Shown piece by piece: positions 18,699 to 26,639 of a stretch of DNA of 64,000 nt; the first letter of the stretch is position 1, and each line of letters opens with the position of its first letter. The notes below the pieces were generated by a model. That model searched no databases, was not told where the DNA came from, and worked only from the letters and a program-made list of their open reading frames with translations. Source of the stretch: a virus; the IMG/VR virus record IMGVR_UViG_3300042307_002096, positions 1 through 64,000 of that record; one strand, given 5' to 3'. The position numbers were made by a program, and so were the translations under genes.

Positions 18699-18772
18699 GC
18701 GGGATTAGTTTAATGATAAAACAGGAGTTTTCCAAACTTCGGTTGGGAGTTTGATTCTCCCATCCCGCACCA
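18699..18772 (+). tRNA. tRNA-Gly(TCC)
   Basis: Loop TT-TCC-AA; CCA. Confidence 0.85.
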
Positions 18773-18792
18773 TTTTACACAAACACACAATT

Positions 18793-18969
18793 ATGACACA
18801 AACAGAAAACACAACCGAAGGAAAAGTATATCAACTATGCCAGGAGCTAGATGATATCAAGAAGCGCAAAAAAGCTTTTGTTAAAGCCTATAACGTCGAA
18901 ATTAGGCGCATTCAAGACGAAATTCAAGATATTCTTAATCCGGAAGAAGCTGTAGTAGAACTTCCATAA
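18793..18969 (+). CDS. Small coiled-coil protein
   Basis: Start moved downstream of tRNA-Gly. Confidence 0.55.
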   Translation: MTQTENTTEGKVYQLCQELDDIKKRKKAFVKAYNVEIRRIQDEIQDILNPEEAVVELP

Positions 18970-18980
18970 ATAAACTAAAT

Positions 18981-19057
18981 AGACTTGTAGCTCAGTTGGT
19001 TAGAGCATCTCGTTGATAACGAGAGGGTCGTAGGTTCAAGTCCTACCAGGTCTACCA
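18981..19057 (+). tRNA. tRNA-Ile(GAT)
   Basis: Canonical cloverleaf, CCA. Confidence 0.95.
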
Positions 19058-19062
19058 AGATT

Positions 19063-19137
19063 GCTCCCATAGTGTAACGGTTAGCACACCACCCTCTCAC
19101 GGTGGTAGTAGGGGTTCGAATCCCCTTGGGAGTGCCA
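19063..19137 (+). tRNA. tRNA-Glu(CTC)
   Basis: ccacc-CTCTCAC-ggtgg, CCA. Confidence 0.95.
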
Positions 19138-19145
19138 TACTATAT

Positions 19146-19292
19146 ATGAAGGTACAAAAAACAACTTCTGCCCAAATGCCCTTCAAAGACCACTTTAAAA
19201 AAGAACAACAAAAGAAAAAAGAGCAAGAAAAGAAAAAAGCTGTTGATAAGTCCGACAAAAAGACAGATAGTAATTTTATTGGATGGGCATAA
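19146..19292 (+). CDS. 48-aa Lys-rich peptide (not in ORF track)
   Basis: Open frame exactly filling the tRNA-tRNA gap. Confidence 0.4.
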   Translation: MKVQKTTSAQMPFKDHFKKEQQKKKEQEKKKAVDKSDKKTDSNFIGWA

Positions 19293-19304
19293 GTAATTTC
19301 ATAA

Positions 19305-19391
19305 CCCGGAGTGTGAGAAGTCTGGTATCTCAGTGCGCTCATAACGCACCGCCTACGTGCCTCGCAGGTTCAAATCCTGCCTCCGGAACCA
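19305..19391 (+). tRNA. tRNA-Met(CAT), initiator-like, atypical
   Basis: C1:A72 mismatch, CTCATAA loop, TTCAAAT T-loop, 14-nt variable region. Confidence 0.8.
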
Positions 19392-20130
19392 TTTGACAAA
19401 ATTTGTTAAATTCTTGTTCAACAAATTTTTTATTAAATTTTCCTAAATCTTTTATAATGTACGGAACGTAACCGTTTTTTACAATTGCTAGTTGTTTTAA
19501 ACGGTCTCGATTTTGAACTTGTAATAAAGAATGTCGTTTAGTTATTTGTTTATAATGCCAAGCACCGTTCCACAAAATTGCAATTTTAAAATCTGGTATT
19601 ATAACATCAGCGTCCCATCCCTCAAACAAAGGCTCATTGTGAAGTACGTTTGCAAATTTGGCTTTACAAAGTTCATAAAAATATATTTCATTTTTGCTCC
19701 GTTTAATTTGTCTGGATGCGGAAACCAACCCTCCAATTCTAGCTCCTTCTTTTTTTCTTTGGGTCGAGCAACCTTCAGAACATGTTTTTCTTTTATGCAA
19801 AGATTCAATTTTCGTCTTACAAACAACGCACTCATACGTCTTCAATGTTTTTGCTTTATATTTTTTATATACTTTTTTTGTTGAAAAAGGAGTTGTCTTT
19901 GTTCGTTGTTTGTTATTAAAAGTTGCAGCACAAGAACGAGAGCAAAATTTTGTATTTTTTCCGTTATTTCTTAATTGCTGATAAGACAATATGCTGTTGC
20001 AGTTTAAGCAGCTTTTAGGATTAGATTTGTACTCTTCTACTCTTTTTTGGTATTGTTCTTTTTGATACTTGCCGGCTCCATTGATATATCTATGGTCCGG
20101 TTTGTTGTTTAACTCTAATCTGTTTTTCAT
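19339..20130 (-). CDS. Free-standing homing-type endonuclease (Zn-ribbons plus PD-(D/E)xK/DUF559-like domain)
   Basis: CxxC/CxxxC repeats; WDADVIIPDFKIAILWNGAWHY..RD..K. Confidence 0.7.
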   Translation of the reverse strand: MKNRLELNNKPDHRYINGAGKYQKEQYQKRVEEYKSNPKSCLNCNSILSYQQLRNNGKNTKFCSRSCAATFNNKQRTKTTPFSTKKVYKKYKAKTLKTYECVVCKTKIESLHKRKTCSEGCSTQRKKEGARIGGLVSASRQIKRSKNEIYFYELCKAKFANVLHNEPLFEGWDADVIIPDFKIAILWNGAWHYKQITKRHSLLQVQNRDRLKQLAIVKNGYVPYIIKDLGKFNKKFVEQEFNKFCQMVPEAGFEPARHVGGAL

Positions 20131-20269
20131 AATTATATTCGAGAGGACAGCTAGTTCTTAATCTGTCTAGTTTCTTTAAAGTTCGTACCTTTAAAGATTA
20201 CTCTCATAAATTATTTATCTTTTTGTGTTGCAATTACAAGAATGTGTAAATAATTATATTCAATTAAAC

Positions 20270-20376
20270 GCCCTGTTAGCTCAGAGGTAGAGCAACGGTT
20301 TTGTGAGTTGTCAGCCTTTTGTCGGACAATTCTCATAAACCGTCGGTCATCCGTTCAAATCGGATACGGGGCTCCA
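20270..20376 (+). tRNA. tRNA-Thr(TGT) with 32-nt anticodon-loop insertion (20305-20336)
   Basis: G1-C72/C2-G71, intact D and T arms, CCA; acggt/accgt stem encloses the insert. Confidence 0.8.
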
Positions 20377-20382
20377 ATTTAA

Positions 20383-20457
20383 TCCTAGGTAGCTCAGCGG
20401 AAGAGTCGTCGGCTGTTAACCGATTGGTCGTAGGTTCGAATCCTACCCTAGGAGCCA
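20383..20457 (+). tRNA. tRNA-Asn(GTT)
   Basis: Loop CT-GTT-AA; G73; CCA. Confidence 0.95.
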
Positions 20458-20479
20458 CGTCTGTTCGTCAGTTACTCAG

Positions 20480-20508
20480 TTGACTTGTCCGTCATTCAAT
20501 AGTATCCT
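20480..20508 (+). promoter_or_regulatory. Early-type promoter TTGACT-TGTCC...TATCCT
   Basis: 17-nt spacer. Confidence 0.6.
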
Positions 20509-20524
20509 TATCTCATAATAAAAA

Positions 20525-20599
20525 GTCTCGATCGTTCAACGGATAGGACAGAGCTCTTCTAAAGCCCTAATGTAGGTTCGATTCCTACTCGAGACACCA
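20525..20599 (+). tRNA. tRNA-Arg(TCT)
   Basis: Loop CT-TCT-AA; CCA. Confidence 0.9.
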
Positions 20600-20613
20600 C
20601 TTTCTAAACACAC

Positions 20614-21714
20614 ATGACACTACCTACACTATACGCAAGAACAAATACAGGAGCTATCCAACAATGGACTATTGAAGCTCATAATAACTCATACCGAACA
20701 ACTTTTGGTCAAGTTGACGGTAAGCTTCAAACAACTAATTGGACAGAGTGCTATGAAACTAATACCGGGCGTTCTAATCAAAGAACACCAGAACAGCAAG
20801 CACTGTTTGAAGCTAAGGCTCTTTGGAAAAAGAAAAAGGACTCAGGATATTTTGAAAGCGTTGATGAAATCGATAAGCCAACTTTTGTTGAGCCGATGTT
20901 AGCTAAAAATTACGAAGATTATAAAGACGCCATCAAATTTCCTGTTTTTAGTCAACCAAAGTTGGATGGCATTAGGTGTATTGTAACAAAGAATGGAATG
21001 TTCACGAGAAACGGAAAGTGTATAGAATCTTGTCCTCACATCTTCAACGATCTGCAGAAATTTTTTGTTAATCAACCAACACTAGTGTTTGACGGAGAGC
21101 TCTACAATCACGATCTTAAGCATGACTTTAATAAAATTGCATCTTTGGTAAAAAAGACCAAACCAACAATTGAAGATATTAAAGAATCTTTACAATTAGT
21201 TCAATATTGGATATATGATATAGTCGATACAAATAAATCGTTTAAGGAGCGAATTAAATGGATTATTGACAACATTCAAGGCAGTCATGATTTATCTTTA
21301 ATTGCTGTTCCAACTGCTTTTCCTTCCGACCAACAACAATTGGATAACTTTTACGAAGATTACACTAAACACGGTTTTGAAGGACAGATGATTCGTTTGG
21401 ATACGAGATATGAAAACAAACGTTCAAAGAATCTTCTTAAGCGCAAAGAGTTTCAAGATAGAGAATACGTAATTCTTGATATTATTGAAGGGGAAGGAAA
21501 CAAAGCCGGCATGGCCGGAGCCATGGTATTTCAAAACGAGCTCGGAATTAATTTTAATAGCAATATTAAGGGGTCTCGAGACTTTTTAAAAGAAATTTGG
21601 AAAAACAAAAACCAGTTGATCGGACAACAAGCTACTGTTAAATTCTTTAACTTAACTCCAGATAATAAAGTTCCAAGATTTCCTTATGTCATGTCTATCA
21701 GAAATTATGAATAA
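20614..21714 (+). CDS. ATP-dependent DNA ligase
   Basis: PMLA, QPKLDGIRC, FDGELY, EGQMIR, LLKRK, PRFP. Confidence 0.95.
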   Translation: MTLPTLYARTNTGAIQQWTIEAHNNSYRTTFGQVDGKLQTTNWTECYETNTGRSNQRTPEQQALFEAKALWKKKKDSGYFESVDEIDKPTFVEPMLAKNYEDYKDAIKFPVFSQPKLDGIRCIVTKNGMFTRNGKCIESCPHIFNDLQKFFVNQPTLVFDGELYNHDLKHDFNKIASLVKKTKPTIEDIKESLQLVQYWIYDIVDTNKSFKERIKWIIDNIQGSHDLSLIAVPTAFPSDQQQLDNFYEDYTKHGFEGQMIRLDTRYENKRSKNLLKRKEFQDREYVILDIIEGEGNKAGMAGAMVFQNELGINFNSNIKGSRDFLKEIWKNKNQLIGQQATVKFFNLTPDNKVPRFPYVMSIRNYE

Positions 21715-21901
21715 ACCTATGTATAAAGTCGAACGAACAACTGGGAAAGGTTGGTATGAAGTAATGCTATCTCCGTTTAAAACGCCAGAAGACACAGCAA
21801 GTTATATTAGCAAATATAAATGCTACTATCCAAAAGAAGATCGGAAATATAAAATTACCAATCTTTTAACTGGCATTACAACGTTTTTTGACGCAAATTA
21901 A
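21707..21901 (+). CDS. Hypothetical protein
   Basis: Overlaps ligase stop. Confidence 0.5.
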   Translation: MNKPMYKVERTTGKGWYEVMLSPFKTPEDTASYISKYKCYYPKEDRKYKITNLLTGITTFFDAN

Positions 21902-22281
21902 ACGTAACCAAGATTGCGTAATCTTAAGAAGCGTTGTTTTCCTGTTTCAGGATAGATTGCAAAATTGCTGAACGGAATAGTTTCGGCAGTAACGGTTAAA
22001 GTGGCAGCGTTTGATGTTACGGTTGCTTGTGAAAAAGTACCTGCAGCAGTTGCTGACAAAGCTGACACAGCCACAGTAAATGATTTGCCGTTATCTCCAA
22101 TAACCGGATCAATAAAATAACTAGAGCTTGTGGCTCCTGCAATATTGACAGTATTGAGCTTCCATTGATAAGCATATGTAGCTGAAGCAAAGTCTGCTGA
22201 AGGAGTTACAGAAAAAGTGGAGTTTTGTCCAGGAATTGCTGATAGTGATACCGGTTGTGTGGAAATAATAACTGTTGCCAT
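21898..22281 (-). CDS. Ig-like domain protein (probable virion surface protein)
   Basis: ISTQPVS..., YAYQWK...IAGATSSSY..., TSNAATLTV; TAAATA 5 nt upstream. Confidence 0.8.
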   Translation of the reverse strand: MATVIISTQPVSLSAIPGQNSTFSVTPSADFASATYAYQWKLNTVNIAGATSSSYFIDPVIGDNGKSFTVAVSALSATAAGTFSQATVTSNAATLTVTAETIPFSNFAIYPETGKQRFLRLRNLGYV

Positions 22282-22317
22282 ATTTTTATTTATCAAAAAC
22301 GGACAATTTTTTTGTAG

Positions 22318-22346
22318 TTGAGCTGTCCAACTAGTTGGTATATGAT
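22318..22346 (+). promoter_or_regulatory. Early-type promoter TTGAGC-TGTCC...TATGAT
   Basis: 17-nt spacer. Confidence 0.6.
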
Positions 22347-22355
22347 TATTACACA

Positions 22356-22904
22356 ATGAAGACAAAACAACGATTGGTCAAAGGAAACAAAGCAGCAATG
22401 ATTAAAATTCAATCAAAACCTCTTACTGAGGAGCAAATTCAAGAATTTGTGAATTACTATAATAAAAACAAATCGTTTCCTGGCTCTAAAATTCCTTGTA
22501 CTGTAACCGGAAAATTGACTACGTGCGTTGGACCGTGGATGGTGAAAAAAATTAAAGAATTTGGTAGTCCTGAGAAGCTGCTCCGCAATTATAAATGCCG
22601 TGGAGCGCTAAAGACAGAAAGGCAAATAATTAAACCAGTGTGTACTAAAACTAAACGCAAAACTAAAATTCGTGAACTTAAAGACGAACAAAAAAATTGG
22701 AATATTCCAAAAGTTAAATTTGCTCCACCACGACCGTTGACAGCACTAGAGCTTACCGAGACTTCAAAAACTTCATGTCTCCGTCCTGACATATTTCTCA
22801 CAAACGGCCGACACTGCGAAGGTTGCAAATATTACGATATTTGCGTCAATCGACTCAAATGTCTTCCAAAGTGGATTAATGAGGACAAAAAAAAGAAAAA
22901 ATAA
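22356..22904 (+). CDS. Basic Cys-rich protein (possible metal cluster)
   Basis: C..HCEGCKYYDIC....KC; Lys-rich. Confidence 0.6.
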   Translation: MKTKQRLVKGNKAAMIKIQSKPLTEEQIQEFVNYYNKNKSFPGSKIPCTVTGKLTTCVGPWMVKKIKEFGSPEKLLRNYKCRGALKTERQIIKPVCTKTKRKTKIRELKDEQKNWNIPKVKFAPPRPLTALELTETSKTSCLRPDIFLTNGRHCEGCKYYDICVNRLKCLPKWINEDKKKKK

Positions 22905-22942
22905 CGTTGCAAAATAATTTAGCAGATTTAGAATATACACAA

Positions 22943-23137
22943 ATGAATAATACATACGAACAACCAATGCTGTTTCCTGATATGAGTCCTATTAATGGAT
23001 ATCAAAAATATCAAATTAAAAACTATGATGATCCAACATTTGGCATTACACTAAACATTAATGAGGATCAAGATCCCGAAACGTTGGCTCTAGAGAGTCT
23101 TGGATATTTTGTGGTATCTGAAAATTTTATTGACTGA
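22943..23137 (+). CDS. Hypothetical protein
   Basis: ORF track. Confidence 0.5.
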   Translation: MNNTYEQPMLFPDMSPINGYQKYQIKNYDDPTFGITLNINEDQDPETLALESLGYFVVSENFID

Positions 23138-23142
23138 ACGAC

Positions 23143-23355
23143 ATGTTAAATTCTATTGCTTCGTTTTTGCTCGATCATCCTCCTCTTGATGAAATAGGAG
23201 GACCTGTAACAGAAGTTATAGAAAATTATCGATATGGTTTGATATCAAAAGAAGAAGCTTGTTACATGCTCAATACTAAATTTAAATTTTTTTTAGAAAA
23301 ATGTTATAAACAACAGGAAGAAATTCAGCAGTTGAGTTTTGAATATGATTCATAA
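23143..23355 (+). CDS. Hypothetical protein
   Basis: ORF track. Confidence 0.5.
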   Translation: MLNSIASFLLDHPPLDEIGGPVTEVIENYRYGLISKEEACYMLNTKFKFFLEKCYKQQEEIQQLSFEYDS

Positions 23356-23426
23356 ATAGTGCACACTCTCGACGAAAGCCAAATAGCTTAGCATTAAAAA
23401 ATAAACCAATTTGCCTAAGTATGATT

Positions 23427-24032
23427 ATGCACGACATAATCAAGGTTTTTTTGGTTTTAAGTTTGGTTTTATTTACAACTTCTTGTACTGTATATACAGA
23501 AAAACAATCAGAAGCATTGTCGAGCTCAATATATGCAGCTAAGGACTCCATGGATGTGGCTAGAATTGATTTAGCTGACAAATATGTTGCTGAATCAACA
23601 AGACTTGTTAAACCACCCAAAAAAAGAATTGACATTCAATCCGTATATAAAAAAAGCGTAGATATTTCGTCTAATGGCAAATTAAATCAAGCGAGTGTTG
23701 TTAAGCAAAGAGTAGTAGTTATTCCCGAAAAATATAGAACTGATGCAGTAATTGTTGTTAGTTCTGCTGAATATCAAAAGTTATTAGAAGACAAAGAAAC
23801 GTACGAACAAATTAAAAAAGACAATTTGAGTTTAGTTGAGGTTAAAGCAGCAGTCGACAGCGAACTAATTCGACAAACGGACAATAGAGATAAGATGGTT
23901 AATGATCTCAATATAATGCAAAAAAAATTAATTGAGAAAGATTTGGCTATACTTCGTCGCAATATTTTTATTGTTGCGTTGATTGGAACAATTGGTGCAG
24001 GTGCTTATTTAAGATTGAAAGGAATATTATAA
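23427..24032 (+). CDS. Putative unimolecular spanin
   Basis: N-terminal lipoprotein signal (LFTTSC), coiled coil, C-terminal TM; adjacent to holin and lysozyme. Confidence 0.6.
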   Translation: MHDIIKVFLVLSLVLFTTSCTVYTEKQSEALSSSIYAAKDSMDVARIDLADKYVAESTRLVKPPKKRIDIQSVYKKSVDISSNGKLNQASVVKQRVVVIPEKYRTDAVIVVSSAEYQKLLEDKETYEQIKKDNLSLVEVKAAVDSELIRQTDNRDKMVNDLNIMQKKLIEKDLAILRRNIFIVALIGTIGAGAYLRLKGIL

Positions 24033-24463
24033 TGTTTCCATTTATAAAAAACATAACATTGTCAGCTATTGCTTTTTTAAGCAGTAACAAAGTTCCTCCA
24101 AACACACCGCCAGAGGATTGTGATAGGTTAAAATCAATAAATCACATGGAATCTAAAAAATTCTTTATTGTGTTAACATCTGTTTTTATTCTTGCTTTTT
24201 TTTATTTTGTTAGCGTTGGTGTGCTATTCATGTTACCTCATAATGCACCTGAATTTGTTAGTGGTTTTGTAACGCTGTTTTCAAAAACAATTGAAATTTT
24301 AGCTGTTGTTATAGCTTCGTATGTTGGAGCACAAGCTGTTGTTGATTTAAAATACGCTAGCAATTCTAGTGCTTCTTTAGCAGGGGATACGCACACAGAA
24401 AACACACAAAATGTTACTGTGATACAAACAAACATGAAAGAGGATGATTATGAACTCGTCTAA
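24032..24463 (+). CDS. Putative holin
   Basis: SKKF-TM1...TM2-YVGAQAVVD; TAATG-coupled; directly upstream of lysozyme. Confidence 0.65.
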   Translation: MFPFIKNITLSAIAFLSSNKVPPNTPPEDCDRLKSINHMESKKFFIVLTSVFILAFFYFVSVGVLFMLPHNAPEFVSGFVTLFSKTIEILAVVIASYVGAQAVVDLKYASNSSASLAGDTHTENTQNVTVIQTNMKEDDYELV

Positions 24464-25067
24464 GCCTTCTGAAAAAACATTAGAATTACTACTCCGGTAT
24501 GAAGTTGGTGGAGGTAAGCCATATTATGAAAAATATCTTTCAAAATTTACTTGGCCTGGCGGAGCATCAGGACCAACAATTGCTATTGGAGTAGATTGTG
24601 CTTATTATTCAGAAAGTGAATTATTTAAAATATTTTCATTTCTTCCAAAAAATCAATTAATTCAAGTTCAAGGAGCTTCGGGAAAATCTGGAGAAAAGGG
24701 AAGGTTGTATACGGTTAAATTAAGAGCTGCAGGAATTACTGTAACTTGGGATAAAGCTCTTGAAATTTTTGAGCAACTTACGTGGCCAAAATTCACAAAA
24801 TTAGCAGAAAAAACGTTTCCTGGATTGGAAAATTTGCACCCAGATGCTTACGGAGCCATTATATCTTTGGTGTTTAATAGAGGCACAAGTCTTGTTGGAG
24901 AAAAGCGAAAGGAAATGGCTAACATTAAAAATTTGATTTCTACAAAAAAATACAAACAAATTGCACAAGAGGTTCGTAACATGAAACGTATTTGGGTTGG
25001 AAAGGGTTTGGACGGTTTGATAGAAAGAAGAGAATCTGAGGCAAGATTAATTGAATCAGTCATATGA
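24450..25067 (+). CDS. Endolysin, lysozyme (GH24/pesticin-like) fold
   Basis: YEV...WPGGASGPTIAIG, SLVFNRG, GLIERRESEA. Confidence 0.8.
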   Translation: MNSSKPSEKTLELLLRYEVGGGKPYYEKYLSKFTWPGGASGPTIAIGVDCAYYSESELFKIFSFLPKNQLIQVQGASGKSGEKGRLYTVKLRAAGITVTWDKALEIFEQLTWPKFTKLAEKTFPGLENLHPDAYGAIISLVFNRGTSLVGEKRKEMANIKNLISTKKYKQIAQEVRNMKRIWVGKGLDGLIERRESEARLIESVI

Positions 25068-25981
25068 ATAAAACGCCTAAAAAAAAGTTGACTTCGTGCG
25101 AAAATGAAGAAATTTTAAAAAGCATCGAAACTAGACAAAATTCTTTGAATAGCTTGTCTAAATATTTGTCAGAATTAGAAAGTCAGCTTGCTTTGGTGTT
25201 TGCTTCGTCACCTGATATAATCGTGTTCTTAGATCAAGATTCTACGATATTAAAAATAAGTGATGCAGCTTTTACTATATTGGGTTATACACGATCAGAT
25301 TTAGTTGGTAGGCCAATATGGGATTTTATTGATTCAGAAGATGCTATAGAAACTCGTAAAAAATTTTTAGAATTAAGAGAAAAAAAAGTAATGTACTTTG
25401 ATGGGCAAAAAGCACTCGTCAATCATTGGATATCTAAAAGCGGAAACAAAGTAAAGTTAGTATGGAGATTTTCTTTGTGTGACGAGAGAGAAAATCAAAC
25501 AATTGGTATTGCATCTGACATTACTCAGTTTAGTCCAAATAATGCTTATAGCTATAAATTGCTAGAAAAAGCAGTAGAGTCTTCAACAGACGGAATTGTG
25601 ATTACAGATGCACAACACCCGGACAATGTAATGGTGTATGTTAATAGCGCTTTTGAGAAAATTACGGGATATACGAGTAACGAATTAATAGGCAACAACT
25701 GCAGAATGCTGCAGACGGACGACACAAAAAGTTCCAGAGCACTTAAAACTCTGAGATCTTGTATTAAATCCGGAAAAAATTGCGACGTATTGCTGCAAAA
25801 TAAAAGAAAAAACGGAGAAGTATTTTATTCTAGATTAGCAATATCGGCTGTTATTGAACACGGAGTAGTTGTTAACTTTATTGGAGTAGTCAGGGATATA
25901 ACAGATAAAATTGACGTAAAATATGAGTGGTCTCCAAACGCAGAAAGCGGATTTATACATTTAAGCAATCGCCATGAATAA
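25064..25981 (+). CDS. PAS + LOV sensor protein with no output domain
   Basis: Coiled coil, PAS ending DIT, LOV with DGIVITDA..PDN.MVYVN.AF..ITGY and GNNCRMLQ. Confidence 0.9.
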   Translation: MNKTPKKKLTSCENEEILKSIETRQNSLNSLSKYLSELESQLALVFASSPDIIVFLDQDSTILKISDAAFTILGYTRSDLVGRPIWDFIDSEDAIETRKKFLELREKKVMYFDGQKALVNHWISKSGNKVKLVWRFSLCDERENQTIGIASDITQFSPNNAYSYKLLEKAVESSTDGIVITDAQHPDNVMVYVNSAFEKITGYTSNELIGNNCRMLQTDDTKSSRALKTLRSCIKSGKNCDVLLQNKRKNGEVFYSRLAISAVIEHGVVVNFIGVVRDITDKIDVKYEWSPNAESGFIHLSNRHE

Positions 25982-26378
25982 CAAATTTGAACAAAGCAAC
26001 ATAAATCATTATGAAGGGAACGGCTGGTCTAAATATCAGCTGATGGTGTTGCAACAATTAGAAGACCATCACAGATTGTTGCAAAATCTAAACAAAGATA
26101 TTAATGAGTTAAGACAAGCAAACGCAGTGTCAGATACAGAGCTAAAAATGTGGAGATCTCAAACAATGATTACCGTTCAAAAGTTGGAAGAGGAAGTTGA
26201 TGAAATACTGTATGATGAAAAAGGACTAAACTCTAAAGTATCAACAATTGAGAGAGAGCTGAATATAGAAGAACAAGCAAGTACTAAATGGAAGGCCACA
26301 TTGGCTCTTTATGGTTCTATAGCAGTATTTTTACTAAATACCATTGTGCAAATAGTTACAGCATATATTAAAAAGTAA
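25974..26378 (+). CDS. Coiled-coil protein with C-terminal TM (lysis-associated?)
   Basis: Heptad-rich; TM ALYGSIAVFLLNTIVQIVTAYI; overlaps the LOV gene. Confidence 0.65.
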   Translation: MNNKFEQSNINHYEGNGWSKYQLMVLQQLEDHHRLLQNLNKDINELRQANAVSDTELKMWRSQTMITVQKLEEEVDEILYDEKGLNSKVSTIERELNIEEQASTKWKATLALYGSIAVFLLNTIVQIVTAYIKK

Positions 26379-26379
26379 T

Positions 26380-26568
26380 ATGTTTTTTATTGGCAATCAA
26401 GGGCCTGTAATTGAAAGGGATCCAACCATTCAACAGCTTAAACAAAATGTTGCTGATAGATTGTGGGATATTGTTAAAGAAGAACCAGTAAGTACACAAG
26501 AAAATAAAATAAAATTTGTGTCTTTCGAAGATGCTTTAAACGAATTAATTGCTGTAAATAGTCTTTGA
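26380..26568 (+). CDS. Hypothetical protein
   Basis: 1 nt after upstream stop. Confidence 0.5.
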   Translation: MFFIGNQGPVIERDPTIQQLKQNVADRLWDIVKEEPVSTQENKIKFVSFEDALNELIAVNSL

Positions 26569-26639
26569 TTGTTTAATTTTTTTTTTTGTTGCCTTGTTTG
26601 TTTAATTGCCGTATAGTGGTCCTTGTAACAATCAAACAT

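Noticed and set aside
20305-20336. Group I intron in tRNA-Thr
   Set aside because: 32 nt is far too short; no catalytic core or terminal G.
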